A stretch of 64,000 nucleotides of DNA from an uncultured delta proteobacterium (GTDB lineage: Bacteria; Desulfobacterota; Desulfobacteria; Desulfobacterales; JAFDCJ01). Below, piece after piece: positions 19,599 to 28,486 of the stretch. Every line of letters begins with the position of its first letter. Position 1 is the stretch's first letter. Both the position numbers and the translations under genes were made by a program. The stretch covers positions 320,001 through 384,000 of the forward strand of contig CAVYNY010000020.1 in the NCBI GenBank assembly GCA_963769935.1, written 5' to 3'. The notes beneath the pieces were generated by a model. That model was given only the letters and a program-made list of their open reading frames with translations, searched no databases and was not told the origin of the DNA.

Positions 19599-19883
19599 TT
19601 TGCAAAATCCCTAACCCGGACGAGCCGGAACCAAAAATTACAAATTAATCACGAAAGCACGAAAGGACCCCGGTTAAACGGAATAAAAAGGTTTAACAGG
19701 GCCGGCGAAAACGCGAAAAAAAGACAAAATAAATTTCGTGCTTTCGTGATGAAAATATTTTTTCAAAATATACCAAAAAATTAAATTTAATACTAATGGT
19801 TGATCTAATGAATTTTCAGTTAAAACAAAAGACGGCCAGGTTCGCCGTTCGTCGACAATAACTGAATAAAAAACGATTGTAAT

Positions 19884-20795
19884 TTAGGAAAGCTGATTTA
19901 TGATATCCTGAATATCCTGGTCTAAGCGAACTTCTACGTGATCTTCACCGAAATGAAACTCCTCGAAATATTCAGTCTTGCCATAAACCGCCCGGCTGAT
20001 TCTGTCGATGATCAGCATTTTTTTGCGGGCATCCGGCTTATTAACCAGGATTACCCGTTTCCCCTCAAGGAGCAGTGTTTCCGGATTGCTTTTTTGGAGC
20101 TGGGCTTCCATTTGTTTGGCTTTTTCCAGGCTGCGCAAATAAAACCTTTTTTTGGCCATCAAAGCCCGGTATACCTCTGTGTCTTCATTAATTTCATCCA
20201 GTAAAGACAGCGCAAAATCCAGGCATTCGTTGAAATCATGGCTTGCAGGTTCCATTTTTTCGAAAAAATCACATAAAAACTGAATTTTGTTTGCGCCGGA
20301 TGAAAATCTGGAGTTCCGAATCTTCACCTTATAACGATTGCGCACATCCGAAACGGCCCGGTTATTGACGACAGCACACAACTTCGGGTCCAAGTGTTTG
20401 GCGATATGTAGTCGCGAAATTAACAGCGGCGCGACTTCCTGAGGCAGCAAAAGGTTCAGGGTTGCGCTTTTTTCCGGGAACCGGAAGACGGCTGGGAGCG
20501 GTTCGCGGCTAAGAAAATTTTGCACTTTGTTTTCATCCGGATGGCGGAGCCGAAGAGTTTCAAGCAACTCTTCCAGCTGAAGCTGCATGGATTCATCCGG
20601 GAAAAATAATAGCTCCAGCAACGAATCCTTCTCGCAGTTGGAATCATCGAGCAATAAGCTCTGAAGCTCTTCGAGGGTGGGATTGGAGAAAGTGGAGTCG
20701 ATGTATTGGATCACATCGCCGCTGAGTGTGATACCGTTGCCGAGAATGTTGCGAATTTCAGCGGCGAGGCGCGCGCATTTTTCTTCTGATTCCAT
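19884..20795 (-). CDS. Hypothetical protein
   Basis: 303-aa ORF with host-like codon usage; no motif recognised. Confidence 0.7.
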   Translation of the reverse strand: MESEEKCARLAAEIRNILGNGITLSGDVIQYIDSTFSNPTLEELQSLLLDDSNCEKDSLLELLFFPDESMQLQLEELLETLRLRHPDENKVQNFLSREPLPAVFRFPEKSATLNLLLPQEVAPLLISRLHIAKHLDPKLCAVVNNRAVSDVRNRYKVKIRNSRFSSGANKIQFLCDFFEKMEPASHDFNECLDFALSLLDEINEDTEVYRALMAKKRFYLRSLEKAKQMEAQLQKSNPETLLLEGKRVILVNKPDARKKMLIIDRISRAVYGKTEYFEEFHFGEDHVEVRLDQDIQDIINQLS

Positions 20796-20805
20796 AATAC
20801 TATTT

Positions 20806-20993
20806 TTGGGTTGGCCCTTTGGCCGGTTGGCCCGTTGCCCGGTTATCGGCCAGCTGTTTTGTCAGTTGACTATAGAGCATAGCTTTCATAAACAACGTGC
20901 TATCCGACCATCGGATCAACGCATCAATGGCCCAACGGGCTAACCGGCCAACGGGCCAACGGGCTAACCGGCCAACGGGCCAACGGGCCAACC
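20806..20993. repeat. Inverted 8-mer minisatellite
   Basis: GGCCSGTT units on the left, ACSGGCYA units (about 8 copies) on the right. Confidence 0.9.
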
Positions 20994-20996
20994 TTC

Positions 20997-21584
20997 TCAT
21001 ATGTAAGGTGCCATTTTAATCATCAGATCGTGCTTCTGCAATCCGCCCGGCCCGCTTTCTTTCATTTGACCTTTGTCAAAAATAAAAATAAACGGCACGC
21101 TCAAAATGCTGAACTTGGAGGCCAGCTTCGGGTTTGCATCAACATTTATTTTTGCGACCCGGACCTTGCCTTTTGATTCGACCCCAAACTGGTCGATAAT
21201 CGGTGCGATTGCACCGCATGTCGGTCACCAGGGTGCCCAGGCCCACATCAGTACGGGAAGGGGCGATTTTAGCACCATGGTATCGAAATTGTCCTCGCTG
21301 ATCATAATGGGTTGCGGGATGAACAATTCCTCTGTTTTTAACTTCGCGCCGCATTTACCACATTTGGCGCCGGCATTTAATTTTTTACCGGGTAACCTGT
21401 TTTTGGCACCGCATTCAGTGCAGCGAATTTTATAGCTGGCTTGCGGCGCTGTCGCATTCTCATCCAACGGCAATTCGGCGTGGCACTTGCCGCATTTGGC
21501 CGCTTTACCGATCCGATCGGGCGGAATTCGATTGGCTGCATTACAGCTAGGGCAGCGAACTATGTGTGGGGCGTTGTCATTCAT
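20997..21584 (-). CDS. trxC: TrxC-like thioredoxin with two zinc ribbons and in-frame UGA (probable selenocysteine, WUPTC)
   Basis: CPSC..CGKC and CTEC..CGKC, then WAPW-TGA-PTC; the frame stays open through KINVDANP..SVP to the stop at 20997 (195 aa). Confidence 0.85.
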
Positions 21585-21747
21585 GGCTTTTTTGTCCTGA
21601 ATAATACCTGTTCCGTCGTGATCGATTCTTTACCCTCGCGGCTTTAACCCGTATCCCCGGATCAACCCGATTTCAGGGAACCATTCACCCGGCAGGCAGA
21701 ATACCAGATTTTTTTGTATATTATAATGTTTTAGCCGCCAATGTAAA

Positions 21748-22121
21748 GACAGAAGCCGGGAAGTTGTGAAGTTGCGAAGGTGGGAGGGAAAATTGAGCAA
21801 AGCGCATAGAGCAGACAGCATAGCGTCCGGATGATAGGTGACAGAATGTAAGAAATAGGCACAAGGCTTAAGGCTAACGGCACAAGGCAATGGAAAATGT
21901 CGAATCGCTTAAGGTCACGGTTTCACGCTATGCGCTATGCTCCCTGCCCTATGCTGATTGATCCGGCCTTCTGCCGGGAGTTTTCAAGCTTTCCAGCCTT
22001 CTGCACCGTGCGCCTTTGACCCTTATCCTTCAGCTTTGCGCTTTGCTATCTTCTCTATACTCAATTTTTCTCACCTTCACACCTTCTCACCTTCTGACCT
22101 TCTGCCCTCCGTCTTCTGTCC
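21748..22121. repeat. Nested inverted 7/8-mer minisatellite
   Basis: GAAGTTGY, GCATAGC and AAGGCNN arrays answered by GCTATGC, CCTTNNN and CACCTTCT arrays. Confidence 0.8.
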
Positions 22122-23497
22122 TATAACATCACCCCGTAGGCCTTCAGCTTCTTATGCAATGTTTTGCGGGTGATGCCGAGGCGGCGGGCGGCCTCGCTTT
22201 TGTTGCCGCCGGCGGCTTCGAGGGTATTTAGAATGGTGGCCCTTTCCACCTCATCAAGCGGCACAGCGCCATCCAGTCGGACACTGATACTATCCGGCAG
22301 GCACTGATCGTTACAGGCATTGCTTTCGTTGATAATCGTAAAATCCTTTTCAGATAGAAAATGCGACTGGGTGAGCACGACCGCTCTTTCCACGGCGTTC
22401 ATTAATTCTCTGACATTGCCCGGCCAATCATAGCGAATCATGGCATCCATGGCCCGGGGCGTATATCCTCTGATCTTTTTATGGTTTCGGGCGGCAAACT
22501 CCTCCAGAAAATGCTGGGCGAGCAGCGGAATATCTTCTCGCCGCTTTTTTAAGGGCGGGATAGTCAGGTAGACCACATTGAGACGGTAATACAAGTCTTC
22601 GCGAAATGCTCCCCTGCCGATCAAATCCTGCAAATTTTTATTGGTGGCGGCGATCATCCTTACATCCACCTTAACGGAATTTTCTCCACCGACACGGGTA
22701 AATTCTCTTTCCTGCAGGACCCGCAGCAGTTTTACCTGCATGGTCAACGACATTTCACTGACTTCGTCCAGAAACAGACTGCCGCCATGAGCCTGAAAAA
22801 AACGACCCTCCTTGCGGCGCTCGGCTCCGGTAAAGGCGCCCTTCTCATGGCCGAAAAGCTCCGATTCCAAGAGAGTCTCGGTAATGGCGGCGCAGTTGAG
22901 TTTAACGAAAGGGCCGTCTTTGCGGTGGCTGTTGAAATGGATGGCGCCGGCAATGAGTTCCTTGCCGGTGCCGGATTCGCCGGTGATGAGCGCGGTGGCT
23001 TCCGAGGGTGCCACCTGAGCAACAGTCTCTAAAAGATTCAGCATGGCGGGGCTTTGGCCGATAATGTTTTGCCGATCAAAATGCCTGCCCAGGCTTTCTT
23101 TAAGCAGCCGGTTTTCTTCTTTGAGCCGGGTGTGCTCCATGGATCTTGCAATAGTGATCTTCAGCTTATCGAAATCCAGGGGCTTGGTCAGATAGTCATG
23201 GGCGCCTTTTTTGAGCGCTTCGACGGCTGTTTCAACGGAAGAATAGGCGGTCATGATGATTATCGGAATCGCCGGGTTATAGGATTTAATTTTTTCCAGC
23301 GCCTCCAGACCCGACATTTTGACCATGCGGACATCCATCAGGATCAGATCATAGGAATGCTCCTGAGTCTTCGCCACGGCTAAGGCGCCGTCATCAGCTT
23401 CTTCGATAGTGTACCCCCAGCCGCCAACCAGGGTTCGCAGCATGGTGCGATGGGCGTTGTCGTCGTCCACAACCAAAATTTTGCTGTTTTCCGTCAT
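22121..23497 (-). CDS. zraR: Sigma54-dependent response regulator (ZraR/NtrC family)
   Basis: Receiver domain, [22 protein letters not shown], Fis-type HTH. Confidence 0.9.
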   Translation of the reverse strand: MTENSKILVVDDDNAHRTMLRTLVGGWGYTIEEADDGALAVAKTQEHSYDLILMDVRMVKMSGLEALEKIKSYNPAIPIIIMTAYSSVETAVEALKKGAHDYLTKPLDFDKLKITIARSMEHTRLKEENRLLKESLGRHFDRQNIIGQSPAMLNLLETVAQVAPSEATALITGESGTGKELIAGAIHFNSHRKDGPFVKLNCAAITETLLESELFGHEKGAFTGAERRKEGRFFQAHGGSLFLDEVSEMSLTMQVKLLRVLQEREFTRVGGENSVKVDVRMIAATNKNLQDLIGRGAFREDLYYRLNVVYLTIPPLKKRREDIPLLAQHFLEEFAARNHKKIRGYTPRAMDAMIRYDWPGNVRELMNAVERAVVLTQSHFLSEKDFTIINESNACNDQCLPDSISVRLDGAVPLDEVERATILNTLEAAGGNKSEAARRLGITRKTLHKKLKAYGVML

Positions 23498-23501
23498 ACG
23501 T

Positions 23502-25280
23502 CTAACCTCTCTTCTCCCTGACGGGAATTGTCAGCGTAAAAGTTGTCCCCTGTCCCGCTTCGCTCTTGACTTCGATGGTGCCGCCCATGGTTTCGACAAT
23601 ATTATGGGCAATCGCCAGACCGAGGCCGGTACCGGACGATTTGGTGGTAAAATAAGGATCGAATATTCTGGACAGGTCTTCACCGGAAATGCCGTGGCCG
23701 GTATCCGAAACCCGAATTTTTAAACCGCTGTTTGCTCCGCTGCCTGAAACCTCAATCTGCAACCGTCCGCCCGGCTCCATCGCTTCAATTGCATTGAGGT
23801 AAAGATTCAAAAGGACCTGATTGATGCGATCCGGATCTATTTCCACTTTATCGATATGCGCCGAGTTGCGGGTGCTGATGGTAATTTGTTTATCCTGCGC
23901 CTGCCGTTCGATGACCTTCAGGGAGTCTTCCAATATCGTCTTAAACGAAGCGGCTGTGGGCGATACCGTGACCGGCCTGGCAAATTCGAGCAGCTGGCTG
24001 ACGACCCGATTGAGGCGGTCGACCTCCTGAATCATGATGCCTGCGGTTTGCCGGTCTTCGGGCACATCCTGATAGCGCTGTTTAAAGTAGGTGGCAAATC
24101 CTTTAATGGAGCTCAAGGGGTTGCGGATTTCGTGGGCCACTCCGGCGGCCAGTCTGCCGACCGAGGCCAGGCGCCGGCTTCTTTCAATTTCGCTTCGCAA
24201 GGCGCGGACTTCCGTCAGATCTTTAAATAAAATGACATATCCAAGACCAGTTCCGTTTTCATCCGCCAGGAGGCTGGCCCCTGTTTCCAGCGGAACTGTA
24301 AGGCCGTCGCCGATCGTGCAGTCAATTTCCTTTTCGATCACCCGATTCTGTATTTCGGGACATTTCAGAGCGGCGCATAATTCCGGCGGCAGGATTTGCT
24401 CCGCAGGCCGGCCCATTGCATCCTGAAAGGAAATCTGCAACAAGGATTCGGCGGTATGATTGAAAGCCGCGATTCGCTGCCGGTCGTCCAGCGCGATCAG
24501 ACCAATCGGCATGTTTTCGACCACATTGTCCGAAAAGGCCTTGATTCTGGAAAGCGAAGCCCGGGTAGCGCGATAGCCTTGAAAAACAAACAGCAGCGTA
24601 ATGCCGGCAAAACCTACCAGCAGCAAAATGACCCCCATGATCACAGCGTGCCGAATATCGATTCGATGAGCCTCCTCAATGGCCGTCATATCGAGTCCGA
24701 CAAAAATGATTTTGGCGGATTCATCAGGCGACCGTGGATACATTTCTCCGGCGGTTGAATTTTGATGCATGCGACGGCCCATCATACCGCCGCCATACAT
24801 CCATCCAAGGGGCCGTTCGGTTGGTGTGAACCGGCGATATACCTCGAACACGCGGCTGCCGTCCGGGTTTTTGAGGATGCGCCACTGCGGCGTCCGGATC
24901 TCGGAGATCTTTTTCAGGTCCATATCGGTTCCGTAATAGCGGCCGACCAGCTTCAGGTTGTTGTCAGCAATTATTTTTCCTGTATCATCGGTTACCAGCA
25001 GATCTACGATATCCGGTTGTTGGGCCGTCTCCGTGAGAAGCCGCTGCAGCTGAAATCCCCCGGGATGCATGCCCATCATTCCCGTGCGGGCGCCGGCTTC
25101 AAAGGATCGGATGAGAGCAGCGCCTTTTTCCAGCAAAAGCTGGGTGCTTTTTTCCTGCTGACGATTAATATTCGTCACGGTTATCAAGGTAAACAGCGGC
25201 AGCAAAATGGCCACCGCTCCGATCAACGTCCAGGGCGGGACCCCTGTCCAGAATTGCCTGTTTTTGATTTTGGTAAACAT
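23502..25280 (-). CDS. zraS: PAS sensor histidine kinase (ZraS-like)
   Basis: Two TM helices, PAS, AHEIRNPL H-box, N/G1/F/G2 boxes. Confidence 0.88.
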   Translation of the reverse strand: MFTKIKNRQFWTGVPPWTLIGAVAILLPLFTLITVTNINRQQEKSTQLLLEKGAALIRSFEAGARTGMMGMHPGGFQLQRLLTETAQQPDIVDLLVTDDTGKIIADNNLKLVGRYYGTDMDLKKISEIRTPQWRILKNPDGSRVFEVYRRFTPTERPLGWMYGGGMMGRRMHQNSTAGEMYPRSPDESAKIIFVGLDMTAIEEAHRIDIRHAVIMGVILLLVGFAGITLLFVFQGYRATRASLSRIKAFSDNVVENMPIGLIALDDRQRIAAFNHTAESLLQISFQDAMGRPAEQILPPELCAALKCPEIQNRVIEKEIDCTIGDGLTVPLETGASLLADENGTGLGYVILFKDLTEVRALRSEIERSRRLASVGRLAAGVAHEIRNPLSSIKGFATYFKQRYQDVPEDRQTAGIMIQEVDRLNRVVSQLLEFARPVTVSPTAASFKTILEDSLKVIERQAQDKQITISTRNSAHIDKVEIDPDRINQVLLNLYLNAIEAMEPGGRLQIEVSGSGANSGLKIRVSDTGHGISGEDLSRIFDPYFTTKSSGTGLGLAIAHNIVETMGGTIEVKSEAGQGTTFTLTIPVREKRG

Positions 25281-25622
25281 AATTAATCCGCCCTGAAACA
25301 TAGCGTCATCAGGTTTGAATAAATTTCTTTGAAAACTGAAGCAACTTTTTTAAGCCAAGCTCCGGCGGCTTAATTACCTTATGCTGCGCATATTTTTTAT
25401 TTCATTTTAAAGCAAATAAGAGGCCAACTCACGAAAAATGCCTGAATTGCACTAAAATGCACTAAAATGCCTTGTATGATTGTGATCCTGAGCATAGGTT
25501 TTCCTTGGAATCTGTGGGAATCCGCGCAAGTCCGTGTCCGAATTTCCAATAAAAAATTAGAGATAAGATCAGATTAAAATTTTAGGCATTTTAGACAATT
25601 TCTAATTTTAGTCATTCTCACT

Positions 25623-25672
25623 TGGATACTTTCTAACCAATTGGATCCACCAGACTGGATACTTCGTATCCA
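25623..25672. promoter_or_regulatory. Tandem enhancer (UAS) sites for the sigma54 activator
   Basis: TGGATAC-N3-CTAACCA and perfect palindrome TGGATAC-N3-GTATCCA, 33 bp apart, upstream of the -24/-12 promoter. Confidence 0.7.
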
Positions 25673-25780
25673 CCCTTTCAATATGATGACCAATTCAGCG
25701 TTGTCAATGTTTGGCAGGGCAATAGAAATAAAATTTAAATTTCAATAACTTAGATAAAAAATCGCCTTGCATTCGAACGT

Positions 25781-25796
25781 TGGCACGCCCCATGCA
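25781..25796 (+). promoter_or_regulatory. Sigma54 (-24/-12) promoter of the zraP-like gene
   Basis: TGGCACG-CCCC-ATGCA (GG-N10-GC); IHF-like TTTCAATAACTTA at ~25740. Confidence 0.8.
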
Positions 25797-25872
25797 CATA
25801 CAAAATTATAAAAGTAATCGGTTAAACTCTTTACGGTTCAAACAAAATATCAGCTTAAATGGAGGTAAAAAA

Positions 25873-26475
25873 ATGAAGATGAACACTTTGGGTAAAATCG
25901 TTGTTGCTGCGGCAATCGTCGGAGTCGTGGGATTTGCTGCAACCTCATTTGCCGGCTGGGGCCGAGGATGGGGCGGCGGCGGTTACTGCCTGGGTCAGGG
26001 TCCCGGGTCGGGCCGGTGGGGCGGCGGCGCTCCCGGTTATCAAGGTAATTTGAACGATCAGGACGTCGACAAGTTAAATAAAGAGCGGCAGGCCTTTTTT
26101 GAAGATACCCGCGAACTCAGGGAAAAGCTTTATCAAAAAGAACTCGAGTTAAGAAGCGAAATGACCAAACAGGAACCGGATGTCAACAAAGCCGTTGCGC
26201 TGCAAAAAGAGGTCTCCGAGCTTCAAGGCCAACTGGACCAAAAGCGAGTCGAGCAGGGTATCAAGATGCAAAAAGAGAATCCGGATTTCTTTGCCCAGAG
26301 AGGCTACGGACCCGGCTACGGTTATGGTCCCCGCGGAGGTATGGGGATGGGTTATGGCCCCGGAGGTATGGGGATGGGTTATGGCCCCGGCGGTATGGGA
26401 ATGGGGTATGGACCCCGCGGCGGTATGGGAATAGGTCGGGGGTTCTCAGGCCAGGGAGGCGGTTGCGGGTATTAG
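25873..26475 (+). CDS. zraP: ZraP/Spy/CpxP-family periplasmic protein with Gly/Met-rich repeat tail
   Basis: Signal peptide, helical ELREKLYQKELEL..PD core, divergent from the zraSR-like pair. Confidence 0.8.
   Translation: MKMNTLGKIVVAAAIVGVVGFAATSFAGWGRGWGGGGYCLGQGPGSGRWGGGAPGYQGNLNDQDVDKLNKERQAFFEDTRELREKLYQKELELRSEMTKQEPDVNKAVALQKEVSELQGQLDQKRVEQGIKMQKENPDFFAQRGYGPGYGYGPRGGMGMGYGPGGMGMGYGPGGMGMGYGPRGGMGIGRGFSGQGGGCGY
26320..26430 (+). repeat. 27-bp coding tandem repeat (GYGPxGGMGM-like units, ~4 copies)
   Basis: GGTTATGGYCCC..GGTATGGGRATG repeated. Confidence 0.85.
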
Positions 26476-26541
26476 TGGAACTTTCGCAGGCCTATCAGAC
26501 AAATATCAACCAAACACCAAATTCCAAACCTCAATAATTCG

Positions 26542-26577
26542 AATCCCGCTCTTAAGAAATTAAGGGCGGGATTTTTC
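26542..26577 (+). terminator. Rho-independent terminator
   Basis: AATCCCGCTCTTAA-GAAA-TTAAGGGCGGGATT then T-tract. Confidence 0.75.
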
Positions 26578-26869
26578 ATCTTCCTTGACTCGGTTGTAAA
26601 TTTCCACTATTTACCAACTACTCGGTCAATAGCATTCACCTCTCTATCAATCCTAAATTCAGATGATAAGTATGCATTTGCGCGGTAACGGACTATTTTA
26701 CCATAGCGTCGATCTGGTTTTTCGGGCAACTTGTCAATTCAATTTAAAAAACCCATAACACATGAAAGGAGGATATTCGGGAATATTATCAAATGGTTTT
26801 ATCAAACCGTGCGTCGAAAGTCTGGAACGCCTTCTCAAATGCAACCAACTTACCAAAAAGGAGGACCAA

Positions 26870-28165
26870 ATGACAAAAAGATTCTTGACCACAACCATCT
26901 GTGCGGCCCTTGCAGCGGCGCTGCTGCTCCTGCCGATTACAGGGACGCAGGCCGCAGACAAAGTCGGCTGGGTCGGCCCTGTTTACACAGAATTGGCTGA
27001 GAGCCTGACCAGGGGTTTCAAGGCATACTATCAGAAAACCTATGGCAAGGAAGTGGACATCACCTTTGTGCATCCCGGCGGATGGCCGGTTTGCGTGGAC
27101 AAAGTCAAGGCATGGGGCGGCAAGCCGGATGCCGACGTCTTCCTGGGTGCCGGCGCGCCGGCGCATGAAGTCCTAAAGCAGGAGGGGCTGATCGTCCCCT
27201 ACCGGCCGAAGGATTGGGACAAGATTCCCGCCGAATGGCATGGTATGAAAGTTAAGGATGCCGATGATTATTGGACCTGTTTTGCGCCCTGGATCGTCAC
27301 CAATCTTTACAACGAGAAGATACTGAAACGCCTCCGGCTGCCGCCGCCCAAAACCTGGAACGAACTGATCAACCCCATTTACCGGGGTACCATCGTGCAT
27401 ACATTGCCGTATGCCTCCGGCACCATGCATGAAGCCATCGAAATTCTGCTGCAGGCCTTTGGCGAAAAGGAAGGTTGGGCCTATCTCAGATATTTGGCGG
27501 CGCAGCTGGATCGGTTCTCCACCGGCAGCACCGATACGACCCAGTTGGTGGGCCGCGGCGAAATTCCCATCGGCGTCGCACAGCCGCAGATGAACGCAAT
27601 GGCCGCGCGCAAAGACGGCTATCCCGTGAAGGATCTGCTGCCGGAAAAAACGATCCTGGTTCCGGAAGCGGTGGCCTTGCTGAAAGGTGCACCCAATGAG
27701 GCCGTCGGGAAGATTTTTCTGGACTGGCTGTTCAGCATGGACGGCCAGAAATACGTACTGGAGGGACGGTATTTTCCGGCCCGGACCGACATTAAATACT
27801 CCGACTGGGCCAAAGAAGGCGTCGAAATGGCCACGCACGCTGAAGATGCGCTGGGAGTGGATTCTTTCTGGGATCTGAATGTCGGCTTCATCAATTACGA
27901 CCTGGATCTTGCGACCAAGCGCTGGGACGATGTCAACCGCTACTATGAATATGAAATTTACCGCAAATGGGGCGAGCTGAAAAGCAGCCTGTCTCTGATC
28001 GAGGAAGTCGAGGGCGAAGTCCAAGCGGCCAAAGGCCAGAACATGGATGTCAGCAAGGCCGAGGCCCAGATAAAAGAAGCACGAAATCTCTTCGCTTATG
28101 ACGGCAACTATGCAGCCGCCCGCCTGGCGGCATCCAAGGCACGGGCGCTGCTGGTGGCACCGTAA
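26870..28165 (+). CDS. ABC transporter substrate-binding protein (Fe3+/AfuA-PotD-like cluster)
   Basis: Signal peptide; ADVFLG, PKTWNEL, PYASGT, VALLKGAPN..KIFLDWLFS.DGQ. Confidence 0.85.
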   Translation: MTKRFLTTTICAALAAALLLLPITGTQAADKVGWVGPVYTELAESLTRGFKAYYQKTYGKEVDITFVHPGGWPVCVDKVKAWGGKPDADVFLGAGAPAHEVLKQEGLIVPYRPKDWDKIPAEWHGMKVKDADDYWTCFAPWIVTNLYNEKILKRLRLPPPKTWNELINPIYRGTIVHTLPYASGTMHEAIEILLQAFGEKEGWAYLRYLAAQLDRFSTGSTDTTQLVGRGEIPIGVAQPQMNAMAARKDGYPVKDLLPEKTILVPEAVALLKGAPNEAVGKIFLDWLFSMDGQKYVLEGRYFPARTDIKYSDWAKEGVEMATHAEDALGVDSFWDLNVGFINYDLDLATKRWDDVNRYYEYEIYRKWGELKSSLSLIEEVEGEVQAAKGQNMDVSKAEAQIKEARNLFAYDGNYAAARLAASKARALLVAP

Positions 28166-28214
28166 GGTCGTCTCAAGAAAATCTCCAATCGGGAGTTGGA
28201 GGTTTAGTACGTTT

Positions 28215-28455
28215 AAGGCGGGGAGGCTTATTCGCTGATAATTTCAAAAGCTGATGAGCTGGTGATCCTGAAAGATGAAAGGGTGCGAAGCCGGGAAGTT
28301 GGGAAGTGCGAAGGCCAAAATCGGTCTATTTTTTAAGCTTACCGGGTTCCCGGCTTCAACACCCCTTGACTTGCAAGCTTTCCAGCATGCCGGCCTCCCG
28401 GCTTCCCTGCTGCCGGCGTCATGCGGCTTTCGTATTTCGTGCTTCGAATTTTCAA
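28215..28455. repeat. Inverted 7/8-mer minisatellite inside the ABC operon
   Basis: GAAGYNGG units answered by GCTTYCCG-type units, plus TTTCGNN heptamers. Confidence 0.65.
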
Positions 28456-28486
28456 CTTGGACATTATGCTAATTAAGGGATCAGAC

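Noticed and set aside
20800..21000. ORF with RLARWPVG repeats
   Set aside because: Translation of the 8-mer minisatellite; no RBS or evidence of coding
21073..21435. 120-aa plus-strand ORF and 71-aa minus-strand ORF over the thioredoxin
   Set aside because: Better explained by UGA read-through of the thioredoxin frame
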